DNA of 64,000 nucleotides from Candidatus Bathyarchaeota archaeon (GTDB lineage: Archaea; Thermoproteota; Bathyarchaeia; TCS64). The notes under the pieces were generated by a model. The model searched no databases. It was not told where the DNA came from and saw only the letters and a program-made list of their open reading frames with translations. Positions within the stretch are counted from its first letter, which is position 1, and every line of letters starts with the position of its first letter. Positions 51,147-60,408 of this stretch are shown one piece after another. The stretch is taken from contig CAVYLP010000004.1 of NCBI GenBank assembly GCA_963769425.1, positions 128,001 to 192,000 on the forward strand, given 5' to 3'. A program made the position numbers and the translations under genes.

Positions 51147-52396
51147 CGCCTCTTACTCTGGACCTTCATCTCGTAGTTCCTGATATCGTTCATCCACTCG
51201 CGATCTGAGGAGACTTCCTGTTCCTCGCAGAACTTGTTCCAGACTGCGCCGACTGGGAGAGTTTTCGCCTCCTCCAGCAGGGCGAGGCGCCCCGTGTAGT
51301 CACCAGCCTCTTCCGCTTCCAGCAGCATCTTATGAGGCTCTAGCAGGGCTGAAAGGAGGGCCTTCTGTGTTGCCCTTGCCCCGATGACCCATGCGGCGAC
51401 CCTGTTTATGCTCGCGTCGAAGTAGTCGAGGGCGAGGTGGACCCTGTCGAGGGCGTCGCAGCGGACAACCTCAAAGATCGTGTCTCGTAGCTGGTCGTCG
51501 AAGACGGGGACGTGGTCGCTGTCCCAGCGGACGCCGCGGCTCACGTGGAGCATCAGCTCCGGCATCTGGAGGAGTATTGCGCTTAGCTTGTCTCCTATCG
51601 ACTCTGTCGGATGGTAGTGTCCCATGTCGATGCAGATGATCAGATCGTGCTTCAACGCGTATGCTAGGTAGAAGTCGTGGCTCCCTACGACGTAACTCTC
51701 GCTGCCGAGTCCGAAGAGCTTCGACTCCAACGTGTCCTTGAGGTGTGCCTGCGGATACTTCTCCACATATATTTCATCGAGGGACTTCGCCAGCAGCCTT
51801 CTGTACCCCATCCTGTCGACGCAGTTGTCCTTCATGCCGTCGGGTATCCAGAGGTCGTGTATGCAGGGCGTGCCAAGGCGTTTACCGATATATGCGGAGA
51901 TTCGGCGCGCGTGCCTGGCGTGCTCGACCCAGAAGCGGCGAGTCTCCTCGTCCTTGCTGCTGAGGGTGAATCCCGTGTCGGATTTGGGGTGACTAAAGAA
52001 CGTGGAGTTGAAGTCGAGTCCTAGGTTCTTATCCTTCGCCCAGGAGACCCAGCCGTCGAAGTGCTCCGGCTCGAACTCGTCCCTGTCGACCTTGCCATTG
52101 AAATCGCCGTATATTGCCTGCAGGTTGACCCTGTGCGGGCCGGGTATGAGGTTCATCGCCTTCTCGAGGTCACTGCGCAGTTCAGCGGCGTTCCTCGGCT
52201 TGCCCGGGTAGTTGCCGGTCGCCATTATTCCGCCTGTGAGGGTGGCGCCGGCTCTCTCGAAGCCTGCCACGTCGTCCCCCTGCCAGCATTGGAGCGATAT
52301 GCTCTTATCCGCCAGCTTCTTCATCGCCTGTTCAACGTCTACACCGAACTCGGCGTAGGTCTTCTCGGCCAGATCGTATGCCTTCTCAGCGTTCAA
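51143..52396 (-). CDS. rhaA: L-rhamnose isomerase
   Basis: CWQGDDVAGFE, TGNYPGK, WIPDG.KD, ESKLFG.G.ESY, GHYHPTE, SRGVRWDSDH, DYFDASINR. Confidence 0.93.
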   Translation of the reverse strand: MNAEKAYDLAEKTYAEFGVDVEQAMKKLADKSISLQCWQGDDVAGFERAGATLTGGIMATGNYPGKPRNAAELRSDLEKAMNLIPGPHRVNLQAIYGDFNGKVDRDEFEPEHFDGWVSWAKDKNLGLDFNSTFFSHPKSDTGFTLSSKDEETRRFWVEHARHARRISAYIGKRLGTPCIHDLWIPDGMKDNCVDRMGYRRLLAKSLDEIYVEKYPQAHLKDTLESKLFGLGSESYVVGSHDFYLAYALKHDLIICIDMGHYHPTESIGDKLSAILLQMPELMLHVSRGVRWDSDHVPVFDDQLRDTIFEVVRCDALDRVHLALDYFDASINRVAAWVIGARATQKALLSALLEPHKMLLEAEEAGDYTGRLALLEEAKTLPVGAVWNKFCEEQEVSSDREWMNDIRNYEMKVQSKRR

Positions 52397-53857
52397 TCAA
52401 TCCTCATCTCCTTTAATTCGGTGAACTTGTTGTATGCCTCGTCCCACGCCCGGGTATCCCCGGGTTCGTACTCGATTATATCCGATGAGCCTCGGACTAT
52501 TTTCCTTATATGGTTGAGGTCCCTGACCCTGCCCGTCGCGATGGCTTGGACGAGGAGGTTGCCTATGGCCGTTGCCTCCGCGGGGCCGGCGTATACGCGC
52601 CTCCCCGTGGCGTCCGCGGCGAAGTGGCTGAGTAGCCCGTTTCGCGAGCCGCCGCCGACGATGTGTATCCTCCTTATTCTCCTCGCCGTGGCTTCCTCCA
52701 GCTCGGCGAGGGTGTGCTTGTAGGCGAGGGCGAGTCCCTCCAACGCGACGCGTATAATCTCGCCGTGGCTCCGGGGCGGTCTTCTGCCCCGTCTTGATGC
52801 AGTACCCCACGATGGCGTCTGGCATCGAGGGCGGGTTGAGGAAACCATGCCAGGAAGGGTCGATGACCGCGACGTGTGGCCTCGCCGCCTCAGCGAGGGC
52901 GACAAGTTCATCATACCCATAGCCACCCCCCCACGCCCTCCTACACTCCTGAAGGAGCCAGAGCCCCCCGATGTTCTTCAGCACCCGGTAGGTACCCTCC
53001 ACCCCGCCTTCGTTTGTGATGTTGTATCGGAGGGACGCTGCGTTGACGATAGGTTTCCTAGACTCCACCCCCATTAGGCTCCAGGTCCCTGAGCTGATGT
53101 AGGCGAAGTCTTCTCCCTCAGCGGGGACGGCGGCGACGGCGGAACCCGTGTCGTGGCACCCCACGGCGGCAACTGGAACATCCCCCAACCCCGTCGCGGC
53201 ACGTGTCTCCTTGCTGAGGGTACCGAGGATGGTCCCCGGTTCGACTATCCTCTGGAAGAGCCTCCTCGGGACGCCGAGCGCCGATATGACCTCCTCATCC
53301 CATATGTGGCTCCACGGGTTGACGAGGTGGGTCGTCGATGCCAAGGTGAACTCAGAAGCGGGGACGCCGGTGAGCTTGTAGTTGAAGTAATCCGCGATCA
53401 TGAGCAGGCGGTGAGCGGAGCGAAGCGTATCCGGCTCATCCCTCGCGGTGGCGTCGAGTTGGAAGAGGGTGTTAAAGATGATTACCTGTATCCCCGTTCG
53501 CTCGTAGAGCCTCTCAAGTGGCATCTTCTTTGCGAAGTCATCTATCGTGCCCTCTGTCCGTCTATCCCGGTAGGCGTAGGGTAGCCCAATTTCTTTACCT
53601 CGGTCGTCAAGGAGGGCGTAGTCGACGCCCCAAGAGTCTACGCCTATGCTGTCAGGGTCGCCCCCACACCGGCGCATACCCTCATGAACCTCGGTCAGCT
53701 GCTTCGGCGTATCCCAGTGCATGTGCCCGTCCACATTCACCATGCCGTTCGGGAACCTGTGCACCTCGGAGACCGTGAGCCTGTCGTCGTCGCCCAGTTC
53801 CCCGAGTATGGCCCTACCATTGGACGATCCGAGGTCGAATGCCAGATACCGGGACAC
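52393..53857 (-). CDS. rhaB: Rhamnulokinase (frameshift near 52770)
   Basis: DLGSSNGR, DSWGVDY, YRDRRT, FNTLFQL, HDTGSAV, SSGTWSL.G.E, NEGG, VGGGSRN, EATAIGN. Confidence 0.9.
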
Positions 53858-53892
53858 GAATCAGAAACCGCGGGATCAGTATTTAACGAAAG

Positions 53893-55056
53893 TTACTCGA
53901 AGGTCCAATCGTCTTTTTGTTCCCAGATCTTCTCAAGAATCTTGCGAGCCTGTCCTGGGGGGAGGCTCAGGAAGAACTTGTCGACGTGCTTGCACATCCG
54001 CTTTCGGTCGGTTGTCTTCTTCCAGTCGTCGCAGTCGTGGCGGAGTACCTTGCCCGATAGATCGACCTCGATTGTGTAGTCCTTGATCTTAGCCTTGACG
54101 AGGTCCTTGGTGTTCAGGGTGACCTTTACCTCCTCGGGCATCTGCTCCGCTCTTGCGAGGCGGCCGTTGTCGGTGAAGTGGGTGAGTAGGTCGGCGACGC
54201 TGAGCCCCTCCTCCTGTTCTTTATAGGATTCGAGGGGTTGGATACCACCGGGGCGGAAGGCTCCGCTCCTGTGTTCCTTGATCTTTGCGAGCGCCCCCTC
54301 CTGCTCGGGAGTAGCCCCGCCCATGCCCTGGAGGAACTCGATAGCGTTCTTCACCGCGGATGCGTTGAAGTGGTTGTTGAAGTAACCGTAGGTCCTCTTC
54401 GCCTTCTTACTGACCTCCTCCACCTTCGGCTTCCACTCCTCCAGCTGTGGCTTCGTGTATTCGTAGTCGTACCAGAGGCGTTTGCCTTGGCCATGCCAGC
54501 GAATATATGCGAAGTCAGCTGTGACGTGGGTCTCCGGGGGCAGCAAGGGCTCATCCACTATCGTGTAGGCAACGTTGTTCTTCTCCAGCATTCCGTATGT
54601 CTCCTTCCGGAGCCAACTGTCGTGGCGGAACTCAATTGCCCACTCGTGGTTCTTCGGGAGTATCTCGAGGAACTTCTCCAGGTCCGCTGCGCTCTCCTTG
54701 TAGGTGAACATGGGGCGTGTTTGGATGAGTATGGGTCCGAGCTTCTCGGCTAGTGGCTGCATGAGGTGGATGAACCTCCACATGTCGTCCTCGACGCCCT
54801 CGCTGAGTTTGAGCCACTTGTCGTGGGTGATTAGCTGTGGGAGCTTGGCGGCGAAGACGAAGCCAGGGGGCGCAGTTCGAGTCCATCCCTCGACTAGGCG
54901 CTCCGTCGGGTAGCTGTAGAAGGTGCTGTTGATCTCCGTCGTTCTGAAGACCTTGGTGTAGTTCGTGAACATGCCCTGCTTCTTATCGTAGAATGGACCT
55001 ATCCACTCGTCGTAGCTCCACCCTGAGGTGCCTATGAGGAGACTCAACGCGTTCAC
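53893..55056 (-). CDS. DUF72 protein fused to a C-terminal SWIM-like zinc finger
   Basis: IGTSGWSY, EINSTFY, KLPQLITH, EFRH.SW, YIRWHG, YFNNH; C-terminal HDC-x12-CKH. Confidence 0.85.
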   Translation of the reverse strand: MNALSLLIGTSGWSYDEWIGPFYDKKQGMFTNYTKVFRTTEINSTFYSYPTERLVEGWTRTAPPGFVFAAKLPQLITHDKWLKLSEGVEDDMWRFIHLMQPLAEKLGPILIQTRPMFTYKESAADLEKFLEILPKNHEWAIEFRHDSWLRKETYGMLEKNNVAYTIVDEPLLPPETHVTADFAYIRWHGQGKRLWYDYEYTKPQLEEWKPKVEEVSKKAKRTYGYFNNHFNASAVKNAIEFLQGMGGATPEQEGALAKIKEHRSGAFRPGGIQPLESYKEQEEGLSVADLLTHFTDNGRLARAEQMPEEVKVTLNTKDLVKAKIKDYTIEVDLSGKVLRHDCDDWKKTTDRKRMCKHVDKFFLSLPPGQARKILEKIWEQKDDWTFE

Positions 55057-55133
55057 CGATAGGGAATCGCTCTACGCCGGTTAAATGCTTCACCGAGGGG
55101 ATGCAAAGTATGAAATGCGCGCCTTCCTAATTC

Positions 55134-55559
55134 TTGTTCCATCGGGTGTTATACTTGATCAGGGTGAGGAGGCTCAACGAGGAACCTGGGGAGCCTGAGA
55201 AGGAGGAGGGCTCCCAAGGCGTCAACTCTATCGATGTCATCTTGAAGAGGTCGGACCTGAAGGCGTTCAGCAGTCGAATTCTACGCATAAACCCAGGTGG
55301 GCACACAGCGTTCCATAGCCACACAAGGGAGCATGTCGCCATCGTCCTCACGGGCAAGTGCAAGGTAGAAACAAAGGAAGCAACGCAGGAGCTGCGGGAA
55401 GCTATGATAGTCACCATCCCCTCCGGGGAGGGGCATAGGTTCATCAACGCAGGGAATGTCCCACTCGCAATACTCATCCTAAACCTCTTCACGGAGGAGG
55501 AGCCTAAGCCAGCGGAGCCAGCTCCCATCGGAATGGTCGAAGGGGATCCCAGAGCTTGA
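55134..55559 (+). CDS. Cupin-domain protein
   Basis: PGG.T..HSH..EH.....G, IPSGEGHRFIN. Confidence 0.75.
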   Translation: MFHRVLYLIRVRRLNEEPGEPEKEEGSQGVNSIDVILKRSDLKAFSSRILRINPGGHTAFHSHTREHVAIVLTGKCKVETKEATQELREAMIVTIPSGEGHRFINAGNVPLAILILNLFTEEEPKPAEPAPIGMVEGDPRA

Positions 55560-56569
55560 AGGTGCTTGAAGAGGGTAAGGGCGAACTCCTCGCGTGGATG
55601 GATCCCGACGATGCACGGGACTGGATGTCGACTAAGAAGAGCAGGCAGCTGACTGACAAGTTGATGCCGATTAAGGAGGCGGTATCAAAGTTCACCTTCG
55701 ATGGCGGATACCTCGCCATGGGTGGCTTTGGACACGTTCGGGTCAGCATGGCGGGGATCTACGAGATGATACGGCAGAAAAGGAAGAATCTCGTCATCGC
55801 GGGGAAGACCGCCGTACATGACGTAGATGTCCTCATCGCCTCCGGCGTCGTTGACCGCGTCGAATGCGCCTACTCCTTCGGTCATGAGCTTCGCGGGCTC
55901 AGCCCTGCGGGTCGCAGAGCCGTCGAGGGCGGAAAGGTCAAGATCGTGGCGGAGCTTAGCAACGCAGCCTTCCAGTGGAGGTTCAAGGCAGCCTCGATGG
56001 GCCTACCGTGGCTACCAGCGCGCGTGATGATGGGCACTGACACCTTCAAGCACAGCAGCTCCAAGGTTGTGGAAGACCCCTACACGGGTAAGCCGATCTG
56101 CCTCATACCCGCCTGCTACCCCGACTTCGCCTTCGTGCACGTCCACCGATGCGACAAGTACGGAAACGCCCAGATCGACGGCACCATCATCGAGGACAAG
56201 GAGCTGGCTATGGCGGCTAAGAGGCTCATAGTCACCACGGAGGAGATCGTCCCTGAGGAGGAGATCAGGGCGGCTCCAGACCGCACCGTAATACCCTTCT
56301 TCATGGTGGACGCCGTCTGCGAGGTCCCCTATGGTAGCCACCCGGGGAACATGCCGCTACTCTACTACAGCGACGAGGAGCACATGGCGGAGTGGCTGGC
56401 GCTCAGCAGGACAGAGGATGGGGTGAAGCAGTACCTCGACAAGTATGTCTATCCGGTCGATGACTTCGCGGAGTACGTCGCCCTCGTCGGTGGGGAGAAG
56501 AAGATGGAGTACCTGCGGAGGCTGGAGAGGCTCGAGGAGCCTCTAACGGCCCCGTGGGCGAAGAGGTGA
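55556..56569 (+). CDS. CoA-transferase subunit A (GctA-like)
   Basis: GGFG..R, AASMGLPWLP....GTD, VHVHRCDKYGN, VDAVCEVPYGSHP. Confidence 0.88.
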   Translation: MKVLEEGKGELLAWMDPDDARDWMSTKKSRQLTDKLMPIKEAVSKFTFDGGYLAMGGFGHVRVSMAGIYEMIRQKRKNLVIAGKTAVHDVDVLIASGVVDRVECAYSFGHELRGLSPAGRRAVEGGKVKIVAELSNAAFQWRFKAASMGLPWLPARVMMGTDTFKHSSSKVVEDPYTGKPICLIPACYPDFAFVHVHRCDKYGNAQIDGTIIEDKELAMAAKRLIVTTEEIVPEEEIRAAPDRTVIPFFMVDAVCEVPYGSHPGNMPLLYYSDEEHMAEWLALSRTEDGVKQYLDKYVYPVDDFAEYVALVGGEKKMEYLRRLERLEEPLTAPWAKR

Positions 56570-56574
56570 ATGTA

Positions 56575-57336
56575 TTGGCTTACAATCCCACCGAATTGAT
56601 GGCCTGCGCCGCGTCTCGGGTGCTGGAAGATGGTAAATCCGTCTTCGTAGGCACCGGCCTACCTATCATAGCGTCGATGCTCGCCCAGAGGACCCACGCA
56701 CCGAACCTCCTGGTTGTCTTCGAGGCAGGGGGCATTGGCCCCAAGATTCCCGCGATACCTATCAGCGTCGGCGACAGCCGCACCTTCTACAAGGCGATCA
56801 TGGCGGCGAGCATGGACTACGTGATGAGCTGCGCCCAGCTCGGCCACATCGACTATGGTTTCCTCGGCGCTGCCCAGATAGATCAGTACGGCAACCTGAA
56901 CACGACCTGCATCGGGCTGCATGAAAAGCCTAAGACGCGGCTACCAGGCAGCGGTGGCGCAAACGACCTCGGCAGCCTCTGCCATCGCACAATCGTCCTC
57001 ATGCGCCAGGATACCCGCAAGTTCGTAGAAAAGATCGATTATCTCACCACACCAGGATACCTCTCTGGGCCTGGAGCGAGGGAGAAAGCGGGGCTCCCGC
57101 GGAACACTGGTCCGTACAGGGTTATAACCCAACTCGGCGTCATGGGGTTCGACCCGGAATCGAAGAGGATGACCCTCGTCTCTGCCCACCCAGGGGTGAC
57201 TGTAAAGGACATTATTGACAACACAGGGTTCAAACTTATAGTCCCCGATGTCGTCCCGACAACGGACATGCCCAGCGCCGAGGAGTTACGCATACTCCGA
57301 GAGGAGCTGGACCCCAACAAGATAGTTATTGGGTAA
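56575..57336 (+). CDS. CoA-transferase subunit B (GctB-like)
   Basis: FVGTGLP, VFEAG, FLGAAQIDQYGNLN, RLPGSGGAND, HPGV....NTGF. Confidence 0.88.
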   Translation: MAYNPTELMACAASRVLEDGKSVFVGTGLPIIASMLAQRTHAPNLLVVFEAGGIGPKIPAIPISVGDSRTFYKAIMAASMDYVMSCAQLGHIDYGFLGAAQIDQYGNLNTTCIGLHEKPKTRLPGSGGANDLGSLCHRTIVLMRQDTRKFVEKIDYLTTPGYLSGPGAREKAGLPRNTGPYRVITQLGVMGFDPESKRMTLVSAHPGVTVKDIIDNTGFKLIVPDVVPTTDMPSAEELRILREELDPNKIVIG

Positions 57337-57350
57337 CAGTCTTCAACGGT

Positions 57351-57611
57351 CTATCTGATTAGTCCTCTGCTTCGGATTTTCTCTTTAGTTTCTTGCGGGA
57401 GAAGCTTGTACGCCTCCGCCATCTCATCCCAGTCGAGCATCTCCCACCACTCGGGTTTGGAGATGCTGATCGAAGGGTTCCCAACCTCGATTTTTACGAG
57501 GTCGCCATCGTTAAATTGCCAATTAGGATCGTCTAAGACGCTCTGAGGTAGGTATAACCGTGCACCTGATTTCTTGAAGTACTTGACCTTAGAGACCGCC
57601 ACTTTCCCCAT
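57351..57611 (-). CDS. Small AbrB/MazE-like DNA-binding protein
   Basis: SKV.....G.RLYLP..V......GDLVKIEV....I.I pattern; family call is inference. Confidence 0.5.
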   Translation of the reverse strand: MGKVAVSKVKYFKKSGARLYLPQSVLDDPNWQFNDGDLVKIEVGNPSISISKPEWWEMLDWDEMAEAYKLLPQETKEKIRSRGLIR

Positions 57612-57829
57612 AGTAGACCCTTCCATTCTCCGCACCTTAGATGTTAAGGAGCAGATTTTATAATTACTTAGTAACTTTTAAACTTTTTAGTATTTAATAT
57701 CTTACTAAGTACCAAATTTATATAACATACAATTTATATTGTATCTATCCTCGCCATAGTGGGCGTGAGAGATCCTATGGTATTACGATGAATGGTATCG
57801 CTGTTCTCGAGGTTTGGGGCTGATCTGAG

Positions 57830-58778
57830 CTAGAGTTGGGGCTTCACCTTCTCGGTGAAGAGCCTCATCCCTCGATTTCCTCACCGAAGTGGAATCTGAG
57901 GATGAAGTGGTCGACGCCAAGTGCCGTGTATTCCTTAATGCGGGCGGCGACTTGGTCGGTTGTACCGACTAGGTTGGCGGTTGCTTGGCGAGGTACCTCA
58001 TGTAGGGGGTGTTCGCTGCGTGCTTCGCGTTCCCGGAGCTTTACTTTGAGGGCATCTTCGTCCTCTGCCATAGTGATCATGAGTCCGGCGGACTTCCGGA
58101 TGCTCGAGTAGTCTCTGTCACGAGCCTCGCAGTAGCTCTCTGAACTCATCCAATTTGGCTTTAAACTGTTGGTACTGGAATTGTCCATGCGAAGTTGATA
58201 GCGTCTGCGTGGCGGGCGGCTATCTTGAGGGTGAAGCTGCCTGTGCCGCCGATCCAGATCGGCGGGTGAGGCTTCTGTATGGGCTTCGGGGCGCAGATCG
58301 CGTCTTTTACACTGTAGTATCTGCCCTCGTAGGTGGCCCTCTCCTCCGTCCACATTCTCTTAGCTATCTCGAGCGCGTCGTTGAGCTGCCTGATGCGTGT
58401 GTCTGGGCGAGGGGAACGGGTACCCGTAGGCCTTGTACTCTACGTCTTTCCACCCGCGCCAACTCCGAAGTTGAGTCTACCCTCCGCTCATGTTGTCGAC
58501 GCTCGCCGCCATCTTCGCGGCTAGGGCGGGGTTCCTGTAGCTCTGCGAGGCGACCATGGCGCCGAGGCGGAGCTTCTTCGTGTCCCGGGCGAGGGCGGAG
58601 AGGGTCGTCCAGCACTCGAGACACGGCGTATCAGCAGACTCCGGCGTCAGGAAGAAGTGATCCGACACCCAGAGCGACTCGAAGCCGAGCCGCTCAGCCT
58701 CTGCAGCGATCCCCTGATGCTCTCGTAGGTGAAGCCGTACTGGGGCTCGATCTGCAAACCGAAGTCTAGGCGAGCCAT
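57830..58778 (-). pseudogene. LLM-class (F420-dependent-like) oxidoreductase, several frameshifts
   Basis: FGLQIEPQYG, GFESLWVSDHF, ECWTTLSALA, YRNPAL.AK, PKP.QKPHPPIWIGG and GVDHFI lie in different frames; may be assembly error. Confidence 0.75.
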
Positions 58779-58897
58779 CACTCCTGAGTGGCTGGTGGAA
58801 CGATATAACCCATAACACCTAAACCACGGTTTGACGAGCGTTTAGTTATCTGACGGGGAAGCTGAATTTCTCGAGTTTACAATGGGGAGAAGATGAC

Positions 58898-59740
58898 GTG
58901 TCTTACAAGTTGAGTCTCGAGGAGGTTGAGAAACTCGGCTACTACGACTTCATGGGTTACCTGGGCGTGCCCTTCTTCAACATCGGGGGATTCGCCAGCA
59001 TAGACCACCTCGCGGAACTGTGCCAAATAACGCAGGAGACCAGGATACTGGAGGTCGGCTGCGGGACAGGGGACGAACGCCTGCTACCTCGCCGAGAAGT
59101 ACGGGTGTACCGTCGTTGGCATAGACATCGCCGAGTACATGGTGGGGCAAGCGACCAGGAAGGCGGAGGAACGGGGCCTCTCCGATCGAGTATCCTTCAG
59201 GGTAGGGAACGCCTACCGGCTCGACTTCCCCGACACCACATTCGACGCCGTCATAACCGTCTTCGTCAGCCAGTTCCTCGACCCTGCCAAGGCGTTCCCA
59301 GAGTTCATCAGGGTCCTCAAGGACGGCGGCCGTCTCGGTGTAAACGAGATGTACCGGGCGGAGAACGTGCCCCTAGAGATTAAGGAGAAGGTAGACGAAA
59401 ACGAGAAGGCATTCCGCGAGCTGACCGGGCTGCCCTTCACCCTCCGCAGCCCCGAGACGTGGCAGTCGAGCCTTCGAATCCGCTGGGTTCGAACCCGTCA
59501 CGCTTAGAGAAGCACCCCAACGCCCAGCAGCAACCCTACTCGGAAGTATAGTCGAGGAGTTCGGTGGATGGGGCAAACTCATCGGCACCTTCTGGATGTT
59601 GCTCGTCTACGCCCTGAGGAGCGGGGAGATAGAAGAAGACGCTTTACCAAGTAGGCAGCACCAAGAAGACCCTGATAAGAGACAAGGAGACGAGCAAGTA
59701 CATCGGCTACGTTCTCTGCGTGGGTTCAAAGAACCCTTGA
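58898..59740 (+). pseudogene. Class I SAM-dependent methyltransferase, several frameshifts
   Basis: ILEVGCGTG, then GNAYRLDFPDTTFD, RVLKDGG in another frame; C-terminus KYIGYVLCVGSKNP*. Confidence 0.75.
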
Positions 59741-60183
59741 ATCCTAAGGTTTCTTATGAATAGCTGAAGATTAGACCAGCCCATCAATACAAAAAAGGTA
59801 AACAGTACAATGAATCCCATTCTCCGATTGAGTCTAAAAGAAACTCCAATGATGCTGAATTCAGCTGCATAAAATACAAGAATATATGAGATATGCATTA
59901 TTAAGTTCTCCCTAAATGGGATAAACAAAATATAATCAAGCAATAACTCTAATAGAAGATAGAGAATGATCACTATATTGGATATTATTATCCGTTTTTC
60001 CTCATCACCCTTCAAGAATTCTATTAAGGTGTAGGTAAACGGGATAATCAAAATTATTATCGGGACACCAATGACCCGAACGAGAGTCATTTGATCAAAC
60101 TTAGAGAAAACGTAGACAGCACTCACTAGAATATTAAACATGATGGAGGCAGCAATGAATATTCTATCTCGGTTTTTGTTCAA
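59707..60183 (-). CDS. Multi-TM membrane protein, AT-rich
   Basis: About five hydrophobic helices, LELLLDYIL.IPFR; 3' end may be frameshifted. Confidence 0.65.
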   Translation of the reverse strand: MNKNRDRIFIAASIMFNILVSAVYVFSKFDQMTLVRVIGVPIIILIIPFTYTLIEFLKGDEEKRIIISNIVIILYLLLELLLDYILFIPFRENLIMHISYILVFYAAEFSIIGVSFRLNRRMGFIVLFTFFVLMGWSNLQLFIRNLRIQGFFEPTQRT

Positions 60184-60240
60184 AGGATTCTTTACCTGAA
60201 CACAATTCGATCCCTCGTGTACGTGACCACGTCAACCACA

Positions 60241-60353
60241 AATCACTATTAACTATCAGGTGGATGTGAGGATAAGACTATTACACGTAAGATGAGGCTT
60301 ATACCGAAGTAACTTTGGGATAAGTTTTTTCGAAATCAGGCAGAGCTAAGGAT
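60241..60353 (+). repeat. Intergenic repeat, copy 1
   Basis: AATCACT..ACTATCAGGTGGATGTGAGGATAAGACTATTACACGTAAGATGAGGCTTATACCGAAGTAACTTTGGGATAAGTTTTT..GAGCTAAGGAT. Confidence 0.9.
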
Positions 60354-60408
60354 GAGCACAGGAAAACTTGACGCATGAACAACAAATAAGATGTATACTG
60401 TAACCACG

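Noticed and set aside
57756-57835. Possible very degenerate repeat copies here and at ~15289-15320
   Set aside because: Only scattered short matches needing many gaps; indistinguishable from chance by eye.
60250-60325. Repeat as a decayed coding fragment (minus strand reads FGISLI in copies 1-3 with third-position changes)
   Set aside because: Stops and indels flank the peptide in copies 2 and 3; too short to support, though not fully excluded.
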